This document shows, piece after piece, positions 1 through 12,504 of a stretch of DNA of 64,000 bases. Each line of letters opens with the position of its first letter. Position 1 is the first letter of the stretch. The stretch covers positions 69,812,001 to 69,876,000 of the forward strand of contig NC_042998.1 of assembly GCF_006345805.1 (NCBI RefSeq), written 5' to 3'. The position numbers and the translations under genes are program-made. Source of the DNA: Octopus sinensis. Its lineage: Eukaryota. Under the pieces are notes generated by a model, which saw only the letters and a program-made list of their open reading frames with translations, ran no database searches and had not been told where the DNA came from.

Positions 1-125
1 AGATTGGTAGCTTAGGGTAGTCATGTAATGACGGTGTATTTCATTAGAGGATTGGTGTCGTGTGTATGTGTGCGTGCGTGTGAATGTGTGTGAATATGTG
101 TGTGTGTGAGTGTGTATATGTGTGC

Positions 126-191
<66 letters not shown>

Positions 192-195
192 GAAT

Positions 196-500
196 GCACG
201 TGGCCTAGTGGTTACGGTATTCGGCTCACGATCGTAAGATCATGAGTTTGATTCCTGGCGTCGCGTTGTGTCCTTGAGCAAGACACTTTATTTCACCTTG
301 CTCCAATTCACTCAGCTGGCAAAAATGAGTAGTACCTGTATTTCAAAGGGGCCAGCCTTGTCACATTCTTTGTCACAACTGAACCTTCCCGAAAAGATAC
401 GCGTGTCTGTGGGGTACTCAGCTGTTTGCACGTTAATTTCACGAGCAGGCTGTTCCGTTGATTGGATCATCTGGAGCCCTCGTCTTCGTCACCAACTGAG
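196..500 (+). mobile_element. tRNA-derived SINE, family C
   Basis: The head gcacgtggcctagtggtt...gagtttgattcc carries A-box and B-box-like motifs, followed by the core gtgtccttgagcaagacac. Homologous copies at 26559, 41555, 57680 and 60461. Confidence 0.8.
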
Positions 501-1423
501 TGCTACTTTGTTTCGTTTTTGTTTGCATGTGACTCTGAATCCGTGAAGATATAGTAGCAGTGGACTTCTGTAGTGGAGGTATGATGTTTGAGATGGTCTA
601 TAGTGGGGGAGGTGTAGTGAGGTGGTGGATTAGTGTGAAATTATAATGTCAACGATTGATTGTTGGGGTTATGCTGATGTGGAACAGCACTGATATAGTG
701 GAAGATTGGTGCACCGGAAATGCTGTTGTTTACCCCAAACCAGTCTTAATTAAAGATATACCATTCAAGACCATCCTATGTATTTTCAAACATAGTATAT
801 CTTATATTACATCATTCTATATGTTCTTCATTTTAAAAATAGTAGGTTGGTTTTAGGTAGATCCAATTGTTAATTTGACAGCGATGCACCATGACCGTCT
901 GTCAACGAAGCTATATTCTTGTCATTGGCGATCCGACTCCCGATATATGTCTGGTTTAATTCCGTTTTATCATGATTAAGGTCTTTTAAAATAGAATTAC
1001 TGATTTGTGTAAAAAAAGGCTTTCCGTTTATTAAAAACAAAAATTGTATTGTCACGGCTTCCGTTTATTCGTATGTACACACACACACATACACACACAC
1101 ACGCACACACACACACATACACACACACACACACACATACACACACACGCACACACACACACATACACACACACACGCACACACACACACACATAGACAC
1201 ACACACACACACCGGCACGCGCACTTACAAACGCACACACATATGGCAGTCTACCTCGTCATATGCAGTAGAAGAAATTATGGCAGAACTCGAGCGTTTT
1301 GTGTGTGTCTATACAACATGATGTGTGTGTGTGTGTGGTGTGTGTGTGTGTGTGTATTCGCCATGATAGATCGCTAGCCACTAAACCTTTTTCAATTTTC
1401 TCTCCCTGTTTATTTCTGCGTTC

Positions 1424-1459
1424 CTTTCGGTTTAAGAGCGTAGGCTCGAAACGTAAAAG
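1424..1459 (+). ncRNA. Degenerate minimal type I hammerhead motif in a short PLE-like repeat
   Basis: Parsed as cttt-cggttta-a-GAGC gtag GCTC-GAAA-CG-TA-aaag. Stems I and II and GAAA are in place, but the CUGANGA core is mutated. Same architecture as 54929 and 59345. Confidence 0.45.
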
Positions 1460-1914
1460 ACTTTCTCACTTCCCGAGCATTAAACTAATACATCTGTTTG
1501 TTGTTTACAAACCGTCTTCGCCATTTTTTTTTGTAAATTCTCACTACATACATACATACATGCATACATACATACATACATACATACATACATACATACA
1601 TACATACATACATACATAAGAAACTCTACCCTTGTATCACTTTTTAAACTTTCGATTAACGAAATAGGATGGTGTATTTCTTTATTACAAACTTTCGTTC
1701 AAAGCTGTAACATAAAAGAAAGTGACTGGAGGCGATCATAATGTGTGTTATTAAATAATTCTATTAGCGAATGCCGAAAAATAACCGCCATTTCTTGGTG
1801 AACTGAATCCACAAACTAGTTTCAGTTTCCGGTTGTGAATAAAACCATAAGTAAGAATCAATGGCTAAAAAGGCTTGTCAGTCTGCCTCATAGTCCCTGC
1901 AAACAAAATGGAAA

Positions 1915-2290
1915 AAGCGTTGCCCTGGAGGATGGCAAAGGAGATGTACTGGAGAGCCACTTTGACTCACGGGTCTCGCACTTGCGTATAACCATCGCCG
2001 CCCCGATAGCAGTGGGCAGAGATGTGGTCCGGGAGCCGAGAAATCTGGAGGTCTCCACTGTTACAGGCTCCACCAATACTTTGCCCTTCTCAATTTGACG
2101 GGCAGCGAAGACTGAGCTGGTAGCTGCACACACTCAGCTGTCGCTGGAGAAGATAGCATACCATGTGGTATCCCAGATGAAGGGCGTACTGTCGTAGAAC
2201 GGGAAAATGGTCATGTCATCAGGCCTTCTACCGTCCCCTCGGTCTAGCTCTGCTGGCTCAAGCTGGGAAAGAAAGCCTGCTGGGTCTAGG
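1915..2290 (-). mobile_element. 3' fragment of an RLE-type non-LTR retrotransposon (CRE-like endonuclease)
   Basis: The minus strand reads RGDGRRPDDMTIFPF...FIWDTT...AARQIEKGK...VETSRFLG...ETRESKWL.QYISFAILQGNA. This matches the RPDG..WD.T / E..K / ET.G / QRGNA pattern, with stops and frameshifts. Confidence 0.6.
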
Positions 2291-2369
2291 CTATGCGTTA
2301 TAAGAAGAACTTTAATAATAATAGTGTTACTGTCTACATAAAGTGGCGAGTTGGCAGGACCATTACTCG

Positions 2370-2575
2370 GTTGGACAAAATGCTGAGCAGCATTTTATCC
2401 GGCTTTACGTTTTTGAGTTCAAATTCCGCCAAGGGTGACTTTGAAACTTATCTTTCGGAGATCAATAAAATAAGTCCGAGTTCAGCATTGGGGTCGATGT
2501 AACCGACTTATCCCTCCCGCCAGCAATTATTGTCCTTGTGCTCATATTTGAAACCAATATATACAACCTGTATAT
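2370..2575 (+). mobile_element. tRNA-derived SINE, family B (degraded)
   Basis: Contains tttgagttcaaattccgccaagg...ggggtcgatgtaaccgactt, homologous to the 14506-14882 copies. Confidence 0.65.
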
Positions 2576-2699
2576 TTCATGTGAAATATAATAGTCTTCT
2601 TGTATTGTTATAAATACTGGAAGACCACAGTATAGGAAACAGGATTTGATATGAATATGTAGAAATTTAAATGTGAAACAATGAATGAATAAACGTTTT

Positions 2700-3330
2700 A
2701 ATGCCGATTTTTAAATGAGATATCTCCCGCACAATATTAATGGTCTATCTTCATTCCAAGACCTCAAAAATTTGCTGGGTTGCTGGATGTGTATTTACAG
2801 CATACCAAACCAATTCTACACAACATCAGAAAAGATGACTCATGGAAAAGGATGGTCACTGAAACACTACTTTTGAAAGGATTCTAATTTTACATTCTCC
2901 GCGCAAGACGAGGTGCTTCTTTGCTATCATTTTATATACCAGTTCACAATCCAGTTCTCAGTAATTTTGGTAGAATAATCAGAACAGCATAACAAAAGAC
3001 ATATCCACCACAACAAAAGGATAAAACCCAGAATCTCCGTGAGTTTATCTCTGTCATGTACAACCAAGCATTGAACCTCATTGAAAATTCGATTTGGTTC
3101 TTGATTGGAAAGAATCTTGGACACTGTGGACTGTCAATACGAAGTGTAATTGCAACACCCTGTTAAAAGATTCTTCAGGCAACCAGCTATCATATTCAAC
3201 AACTGGAACAGTATATCTACCAAAATTAATCAGTGTGGGTTCGATAAACAAAAGCATTTACAACGATCAAATAGTTCGTGATATCTGATTCATGAGGAAT
3301 AGTTTTCCTTGATACTGTCGTCGGTACAGG
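2700..3330 (+). mobile_element. Possible highly degraded LINE relic
   Basis: Only short motifs (HNINGL, WNSIST) in broken frames. Confidence 0.25.
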
Positions 3331-3357
3331 TAAAACTTTTTGATCAACATAATCTTG

Positions 3358-3585
3358 GTTAAAATTATTGGTTTCAAATTTTGGTACAAGGACAGAAATT
3401 TTGGGAGAGGGGTAATTCGATTACATTGACTCCGGCGTTCGACTGGTACTTATTTTATCGACCCCAGAAGAGATGAAAGGCAAGTCGACCTCAACGGAAT
3501 TTGAACTCAGAATGTAAAGACGGACGAAATGCCGCTAAGCATTTTGCCTGGCGTGTTAAAGATTTTGCCTGCTTGCCACCTTACA
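3358..3585 (-). mobile_element. tRNA-derived SINE, family B
   Basis: Contains gaaaggcaagtcgacctcaacggaatttgaactcagaatg...gccgctaagcatt. Confidence 0.75.
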
Positions 3586-4476
3586 ACCAGAGCATTATTG
3601 CTGTGTCCTCATCTAGAATTGCAACAATTTTCCTCGCATGTAGTAGAACTACACACTTTGCTTTTAAGCTGACTCTCAACCTAACATTCATTGATAGTTT
3701 TGTGTGCAATAAAGACAAAAGTTTTTGAAGCCACAGAGGTTCCAAAGCTGACCATATAGATACAATTGGGGAAAAGCACACTGGCTCATAGACTTACGTT
3801 CGAGGTTTGCGATCGTATCTCACATAATCCCATAGGAAACTCCAACATTACGGATGGAATCACTGGTAATTTCAAACAAACTCTCTCAGTCATTCTAAAG
3901 AGGTCATCAAAGGATCAGTTGTGAGCATACTCCGTAGATGGAGGGGAGCCCAACAACTTCATCTTTCTACCATCATGAGAATTGTATCTCATAGAAATGT
4001 ATTCAGAAGCCAAATTGACTGAACGTTTTGCTTCAAGCGGGCAATAGTCCTGGCTCTCAAAAGTGACATTAAGCAGGATATTGCTGCCACATGTTATCCA
4101 ACAGTTTCTCAATTCTCTACAACCCACTGTCATCTTTCCTCACAATCTACAAGTGAAAATAAGAATATCTCTTATGTTGCTATGTAATTGGGATGCACAG
4201 AATTCCGTCACGGTACAAAACTAGCTGTCGAAAACTCTTTTACTCTATGGGACCGAGAGCACCATTATGACTAGGAATATCAAATGAGAAAATGTCTTTA
4301 TTCTAGGCATTTCTCTCATCCTATCAGTTACGTTATTTCTGTTCTATCATTTTCGGTCAGTTTTCAGTAATACTGTCTTTTTATGTGATCATCAACAAAT
4401 CTGAGACAGTTCTTCGGCATTTCTTGAAATGAATCGACAATATATATATATATATAGATATATATATATATATATA

Positions 4477-4896
4477 TGTTATATTTCGGAATGGTCATTT
4501 TCCAGTTTAGCCAATAAAAACACACGCACTATATATTTGGTGTTACTTTGCTTCAGTGTATTTATTTTTTACATTAATCTTAATCTTATTTCGGCCAGAG
4601 TTCTTCTTTCCTCACCTCCTGTGACCGCATCAGTGGTCCTTTGTTTTCTTCTTTCTTATTTGTGTCTCTCCTTACTAACCGTCAGCCATTTTGTATTTCT
4701 ATTGTATGTCTTCAATTGCGCATGCTGATATCTCTATGTGCGTCTATGTTTATTTAGTGTGACGAAACAACTCTGGCCGAAAAAAGATTAAGATTAATGT
4801 AAAAAATAAATAACACTGAAGCAAAGTAACACCAAATATATAGTGCGTGTGTTTTTATTGGCTAAACTGGCAAAATGACCATTCCGAAATATAACA
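4477..4896. repeat. Long inverted repeat (~125-bp arms, ~165-bp spacer) beside a TA microsatellite
   Basis: 4477-4602 is the reverse complement of 4769-4896. The right arm continues into sequence also seen near 38215-38300, so the left arm is a partial inverted copy. Confidence 0.85.
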
Positions 4897-5493
4897 ATAT
4901 CTGTTTCAACACACGACTTCACATAAAAAATCCTGCACAACAAATATATAAACGTATATATATATATGTATATATATGTATGGCTAAAGAAAATATGATC
5001 TTGTTTTACCTTAGATATTTCCTTGCAATAAAACTGATATGTATCATACGTATCATACAATTCTATTAGTAAAATGTTTTATTCAAGAAGAGGTCTTGGA
5101 TCGGCAACATTCCTTGCCTTACGGTTTGGTGATAAAAAGAAGTCCTTAAAAGTACGCATGCTATGGAGCCGGTCTGAGAGAATATAACAATGTAGCAGAG
5201 ATGTTAGCCATTTTCACTTTTCGGGATTAGATTAGCAGCAACCAATATTCAATACAAGATATATATATAATATATATATAATTATGTGAATAGAAAGATG
5301 AATAATCTTGTAGTAGATTAATCAAAAGTTTAACCGATACCTTAGTAGCAAAATCACGCAGTAAACACACGGTTGGAGGTACAACCATCTGGCGTTGCAA
5401 CCGTGCGTTGGTGCGTGATAATTGAAATTAAACATTATTGGTGAATTGAAGAAATGGAGCTGAACGCAGATTGAACAGAAATCGTTTATTTCA

Positions 5494-5573
5494 TTCTACA
5501 CACTGTTTCGAAAGGCACAAATTACCAAAATCCGATTGATAATGGGACCATATTGTGTCTTTCTCTTCAGGAG
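5494..5573 (-). ncRNA. Type I hammerhead ribozyme motif (left arm)
   Basis: Minus strand: CUGAAGA-GAAAGACAC...GUGCCUUUC-GAAA-CAGUGUG-UA-GAA. Stem I is only about 2 bp. Confidence 0.6.
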
Positions 5574-5747
5574 AAAAAAGGAAATCCGCTGGAAAAACAA
5601 ACAGAACAGAGGCGGAGCAAAAGCAATCGAACTATGCTCCTAAGAGCCCATGGCGAAACAGTCTCGCCATGGGCTCTTAGGAGCATAGTTCGATTGCTTT
5701 TGTCCGCCTCTGTTCTGTTTTTGTTTTTCCAGCGGATTTCCTTTTTC

Positions 5748-5829
5748 TTCCTGAAGAGAAAGACACAATATGGTCCCATTATCAATCGGATTTTGGTAAT
5801 TTTGGTGCCGTTTCGAAACACGTGTAGAA
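5748..5829 (+). ncRNA. Type I hammerhead ribozyme motif (right arm)
   Basis: UUC-CUGAAGA-GAAA...UUUC-GAAA-CACGUG-UA-GAA. Complete core, palindromic stem III (ACACGUGU), predicted cleavage after A5826. Confidence 0.75.
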
Positions 5830-5891
5830 TGAAATAAAACGATTTCTGTTCAATCTGCGTTCAGCTCCATTTCTTCAATTCACCATAATGT

Positions 5892-5928
<37 letters not shown>

Positions 5929-6008
5929 ATATATATTATATAATATATATATGTGGGTGTGTGTGTGTGTGTGTGTGTGTGTGTTGTGTGTGTGTTGTGT
6001 GTGTGTGT

Positions 6009-6051
<43 letters not shown>

Positions 6052-6052
6052 T

Positions 6053-6148
6053 ATAAATTAGTATACATTTATACATTTAAGTACAAAGAGGCGAGCCTTA
6101 ACAGGTTGCCTAACATGCTAGAAAGAGCAGTCAAAAAGTCCAAACCAT
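6053..6148 (-). mobile_element. Terminal fragment of the ~440-bp HHR repeat family
   Basis: ataaattagtatacattt...aacaggttgcctaacatgctagaaagagcagtcaaaaagtcc matches 11878-11960 and has the same end point. Confidence 0.8.
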
Positions 6149-7792
6149 ATGTGCGTGTAGGTGTATATAATATATATATATATATATATATAATGTATAT
6201 AAACAAATATATATGTATGTGTATATATATATATGAATAGATAGATACAAGTGTGTATGTGTGTGCGCGGGTATGTATGGAAGTAGCACACAAATAGTTG
6301 AACTGTAACAGGTCCCTTTACTACTTGTGTGGTCCTTTCCAAATTGCTGGTTACTGGTTTCGCTTTATTTGACTTCTTTAAAAAGCCATCTCTAAAAATA
6401 TTATGCTTGGACCAACAACAGCGATTCGCGCTCTCTCTGTCTCTCTCCCTCTTTTTCTCTCTTTTTGTCTCTTTTTCTCTCCCTCTCTCAGACACAGACA
6501 GATACTCTCATTTGCATGCATCTATATTTGTATGTCTGTGTGAATGAATATGTGTCAATGTGTACGAATGCTGCTAAGTCATATTAAGCGTGTGCTTGTC
6601 TGTGTGTCTTCGCTTCCCCCACGCCGTACTTTTCAAGTACGTTCTCTCCTTGCTACAATAATACATAGGCTGGGTTAAGATAGACATGCGCCCGACAACT
6701 CAACCCACTTATCCAGCTCTTACACGCCACCCACATACACCTAAGCTTTCTACCCACGACTTTGTACAGGTAACTTAAAACAGCATCGGCAAGAAACGCA
6801 ACCAGCCACAACTCTACCATCATCAAAACCACCGCCACTACCACCACACCACACGACCACCACACCACGACCACCACCAATACGAAAATCAACACCATCA
6901 CCATCACCATCCACCACCACTGCCGCCACCACTGCCGCCACCACTGCCGCCACACTGCCGCCACCACTACGACCACCATCACCCACACGACGACGACCAC
7001 CACCCCCATTATAAACATCGATTTAATATTCCCACTACAAGAATCTTTACCAGTATCACCACCGCAACTACAATCATCACCATTATCACCACCACCACCA
7101 CCACCACCACCACACCACCACCATACCACCACCACCACCACCACCACCACCAATACTATCACGAACATTGACCATAAGAATCATTACCAGCATCACCCCT
7201 CCCCCAGCTACCACCATTACCTAACGGTTCTCCCACCAGTATCACCACCACCAACATCACCATTACTAATACTACTACTACTACTTTCCCAACCACCACC
7301 GCATCTATTATTTTTACCCCTCCCACCACAACCACCACTTCTATCGCCTCATTGTTCAGTGAGTCGATCTCCGTTCAATTACAATGCTCGTCTCACTCAG
7401 TAATTGAGTCAGTCACTGTACCCTGTAACCTAGTCACTAACAGTACCTCGTGTAGAGCCACTTGCTGTACCTTGTATACAGTCACTCACTGTACCCTGTT
7501 TAGTCAGTAACAACACTGTACAGACCTGATGGCGATTTAGTTGCCATTTCTCTCACGTACAAAATCCTAACGATTCTCCCATATAATACGTCGTCTCTAT
7601 GTGTAAGTAATGGCGGTTCTGTATAGTTCTGTCAATGTGCATCTATATGTAAATATGCATTTGCATGGTACAAGCACGTATTTGTGTATCTATATATGCA
7701 TATGCATTGTGTGTGTGTGTGTATATTAGTTTACGTGTCCAGGTATACCTGCGTGTATGGGTTTTGTCTTTTCCATATAAGTGCCTGCCACA

Positions 7793-7861
<69 letters not shown>

Positions 7862-8806
7862 GGGGATTAGTGGAGGGGAGGTACGACGATGAGCTCGGGG
7901 CAAACCTGGACGTCGACGAGGAATACCTGACCCGCCTGTTCAGGACGATTTTCGGGTCAAGGCCCATGGACAACTTCCAGAGATCCATGGCCTGGCAGTG
8001 CTACCGAGAAGCGCTACCCGTTCGGGATAAGCTCTGCAGACACGGCTCAAGAAACACGGGGCCGACCTGCCCGAGATGCGGTCAGAGCGACGAAACCGTT
8101 CTGCACGCACTCATGCAGTGTCCAACAATTTCCGACCTATGGGCTTATGTCGAACGACTGCTGTCACGTGTAGGACGAGTCGGTTTATCAGCCAAGTTTA
8201 TCGTCAATATTGTCACACCTCCTTCCTTCAAACGGGAAGGAAGAGCTATTTTTATCATTCTTGTGGCTATGACGAAAGAATGTATCTGGTGGACGCGTCT
8301 GAAAGGATTGGAGACAAACACTTTCCTCTCTGGTCAATCTCTCATCAACTTCTTCAAGTATCATTTGAAAAGGAAAGTAAGAGTAGAGAGGCAAGTTTTG
8401 TCTAGCGAACGTTTCAAAAAAAGATGGGTGAATGTAGCAAGGATGACACGTATGAATGACGAAGCCACCTTGAGCATAATCCTATGAACCCAGAAAAATT
8501 TAAAACAGAGGGTTACCTACTTGCAAACAAATGTGTTAACAGGTGACATTTTTGACCGGGTTACCGTGGTCTTTTCCGTAAGCTTTTCTTTCCAAGGATA
8601 AACCCTATCTGCTTCCCCCTTTACACTTTACATCATAACATTTCTGTGATACACGATCCCTATTGATCGTTTTTTATTTCCCTTTTACGATCCATTTTGA
8701 TCGAAAACCTACCCCACTTAATTTTTTCTTTTCTCCTCATAAAGAAAAGCTCTACTTTGTAATCTGTCCCATCTGTGTGCAGCCCTGTGTGGCTAATAAA
8801 GAAACA
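7862..8806 (+). mobile_element. 5'-truncated L1/Tx1-like LINE (ORF2 C-terminus + 3' UTR) within (TATC)n
   Basis: Open frame to the stop at 8487 with a zf-RVT-like motif (MAWQCYREALPVRDKL...CPRCGQSDETVLHALMQC). AATAAA at 8795. (TATC)n lies directly on both sides. Confidence 0.85.
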
Positions 8807-8899
<93 letters not shown>

Positions 8900-8933
8900 G
8901 TCTGTGTGTTTGTATATCTGTCTATCTATCAGC

Positions 8934-9043
<110 letters not shown>

Positions 9044-9121
9044 GTCTATCTATCTGTCTGTCTGTCTGTCTGTCTATCTGTCTGTCTGTCGGTCTGTATG
9101 TCTGTTTGCCTGCCTGTCTGC

Positions 9122-9215
<94 letters not shown>

Positions 9216-9266
9216 GCTGATCTGTCTGTCTTAACTATCTGCCTGTCTATTTGTCTATCTTTCTGT

Positions 9267-9327
<61 letters not shown>

Positions 9328-9649
9328 AGTGTGTATGTGTGTATGCGCGAGCCTGTATGTAAGAGTGGATATGTGTATGTGTGCATGTATGTGTGTGAGT
9401 GCATGTATGGATGAGAATGCGTGTTTGCGCCCAGCAGAGTAAGAGAAAAAGTGATTCATATGAAGGTTTCCAATGACCAATTTCCGCAATATCAGTTCAA
9501 TATTCTTCAGGTTGTACTGAAGTAGCGAGACTGTTTCTGTTATTCCTAAATCCATCAATCCACTAATCTATTAATCCACCAATCCTTAATCCCATTAGTT
9601 CTATCCTCACATTCCATTGCTCGAACGATGCTCTCAGTCTTTATTCTCT

Positions 9650-10432
9650 TCGCAACTAGCGCCACCACAGCATCAGCGTCGTCGTCATCTTCATCATCAT
9701 CATCATCATCATTACCACCATCATCATCATTATTATTATTGGTATCAGCTTCATTCACCACAAGCTCCATCACCCAAACCACCACCATCGTCACCACCGC
9801 CACCGTCACCACCGCCACCAGCACCAGCACCACCACCATCACCACCACCACCACCACCACCACCATCATCATCAATGACACTACCATCACCAATGACACC
9901 ACCATCACCACCACTACCATACTACCATCACACATACCACCACCAGTACCGCCATCCTCACCACCACCACCACCACCATTATGCCACCATTGCTGTCGCT
10001 GCCGCCATCACCGCTGCCACCACCAACACCACCACTGCTACCACCACCACCACCACTGCTACCACCACCACCACCACCACCACCACTACCACCATCGTCA
10101 GCCAAAACTTCACAACCTCACCGTCCCTCTTCTCTGCTGCTTCTGCATCTGTCAGCACAGCATCTACACCATCAGCACCACCATCAGCACCACCACAACC
10201 AACAACAAGCGCAATTGCCGCTTCTTCCCCACTATCACTACTCCTCTCGACTGCTACCCATCGCCAACAGCAGCAACATCATTAAAACTATCACAATTAC
10301 TCTACTTTCGTCACCACCACCACCACCACCACCACCACCACTACTACCATCACTATAACCAGTGGTACCACTATAAGCATCACCACCACCACCACCACCA
10401 CCACCACCACCACCACCACCACCACCACCACC

Positions 10433-10464
<32 letters not shown>

Positions 10465-10622
10465 GCATGGCTATATACATACAATCACCACACCGCTATC
10501 ACTATTTCACCATCAGCCCACCGCTTTCATCTCTCCAGCACTGTCATCACTCCCACCGCAATTACCTCCAGCCCCTTCGGCTCCCATCAGAACAATCCCT
10601 CCACCTCCTCCGTCGTTGTCGC

Positions 10623-10660
<38 letters not shown>

Positions 10661-10930
10661 CCACCACCACTACTACATTAAAATATCCTCCATAATCATC
10701 ACTCCACATTAAGCTTCCTACCCCCCACCCCCAACTCGCTCGACTCTACCCCCGAACGTTACTCCCAGCAACCCCCTTCTCATCCTCACCCCTGCATCAT
10801 CACCCCCCCACACACACTCAGCTCGATTATTAATATCACTACTACTCACACTGTACCATCACCACCCTGTACCACCACCACTACCACCGCCACCATCACA
10901 CCCATCCCTTTAAACCATCAATCCCATCTT
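9650..10930. repeat. Compound CAC/CAT/TAC trinucleotide low-complexity tract
   Basis: Direct inspection. Source of the poly-T/H/P ORFs in the track. Confidence 0.9.
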
Positions 10931-11641
10931 ACCATTTTACTGTCCAAGGAATCACTCCTCCGAGACATTTTTCTGTTAATTAAACTGACGAGTATTATTA
11001 TTATTTTTTTTTACTTTCCAGCTTGTGCTTTCTTCCGACACTTTCCGACTTCCTACGATTTTCCCCGTCTTCCTCCGAATTTTTTTTTCTGTTCTCTTCC
11101 GACTTCTTTCTGGTTTTAAGTTCTTCCAATTCTTTTCCCTACATTCATCCCCCCCCCGCTCTTCCCCTGTCCTCCTATTTCACTCCTTTTATTTTACTCC
11201 TCCTACACTTTCGATTCATCCTTTACCGCCCCCCCCCCACGTAACGCTCTACCCACTTCTACACTTTCAGCATTTTGCCCACTCTTCCAGTTCTGTAGTC
11301 ACCCTCCACATACTACCTTGATCTCTTCACTTTACCTTTGCCCTGCTCGAAGTGTAGTTGAGATTCTTACTCATCCCTCCATACCTTATTCCACCCTCAC
11401 TCACTCACTCACTCACTCACTCATTCACTCACCCACACTTATTCACTCACTCGGTCATTTACTCTCTGTCAGTCAGTCAGTCAAGCACTCTTTTTCATAC
11501 TGTCACACTCTCACATTTGTCTCCTCCCTCTCTTTCGAATTTCCGTTCATACAGAAATATCTTAGCTCTCCACCTCGTTCATTTCTGTATCATTGCAATC
11601 AGTCAGTCAATCAATCAATCAATCAACCAATCAATCGATTG

Positions 11642-11764
<123 letters not shown>

Positions 11765-11798
11765 AAGCAATTAAATATTTATAAACACAGACAGACAC

Positions 11799-11845
<47 letters not shown>

Positions 11846-11847
11846 AT

Positions 11848-11877
<30 letters not shown>

Positions 11878-11881
<4 letters not shown>

Positions 11882-12460
11882 TAGTGTACATTTATACACA
11901 GAGGCAAGCCATTAACAGGTTGCCTAACATACTAGAAAGAACAATCAAAAAGTCCACAGTTAAGAGCAATTTCGAAGGGAATGAAAAATAACAACATTTA
12001 CCATGTTTTACAGCCAGACCTCAGATTTCGAACTTTAATTAGCAAATAAAATAATTTGCAAGGCGAAGTTCTCATCAGCGGATACGCCAAAACATTAATA
12101 TATAAATTAGAGACCAAATAACACGTGTCTCATCCTGATATATTATAATTTTTCAAATCCACCGCGCAAGCGCAGTTTCAATCGGCAGCAAATAAAAATT
12201 CCGATTAAACATCAGAAATTGCTAAGATCATTTCTTAGGGCAGAAAAAAATTATAGAAAATTTTTCTACCAGTGGCCTTGTATGTATACAAAGCCAGTAG
12301 ACATATTTTTCATATAAAAATTAGTGCACATTTATACACAGAGGCAAGCCATTAGCAGGTTGCCTAACATACTAGAGAGAGCAGTCAAAAAGCCTAAACC
12401 ACAGTTAAGAGCAATTTCGAAGGGAATGAAAAATAAAAACATTTACCAAGTTTTACAGTC
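11878..12460 (-). mobile_element. Retrozyme-like direct repeat, ~440-bp unit x1.3, TA-flanked
   Basis: ttagtg.acatttatacacagaggcaagcc occurs at 11881 and 12321. One HHR per unit. (TA)n on both sides. Confidence 0.75.
12014..12081 (-). ncRNA. Type I hammerhead ribozyme motif
   Basis: Minus strand: CCG-CUGAUGA-GAACUU...AAGUUC-GAAA-UCUGAGG-UC-UGG. 6-bp stem II, GUC cleavage triplet, cut between 12017 and 12016. Confidence 0.75.
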
Positions 12461-12461
12461 G

Positions 12462-12504
<43 letters not shown>

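Larger units (their letters stand above)
5431..5892. repeat. Near-perfect 460-bp palindrome (~227-bp arms, 7-nt loop)
   Basis: Centre reads ...gagcccatggcga-aacagtc-tcgccatgggctc...; the arms pair end to end with few indels. TA microsatellite on the right. Confidence 0.95.

Noticed and set aside
196-270. tRNA-like heads at 196, 22074, 26559, 54295 and others as tRNA genes
   Set aside because: They continue into shared SINE bodies and lack a complete cloverleaf.
4725-4780. Possible hammerhead remnant (gtc...gac-GAAAC) in the spacer of the 4477 inverted repeat
   Set aside because: No recognisable CUGANGA core or cleavage triplet; too degenerate to call.
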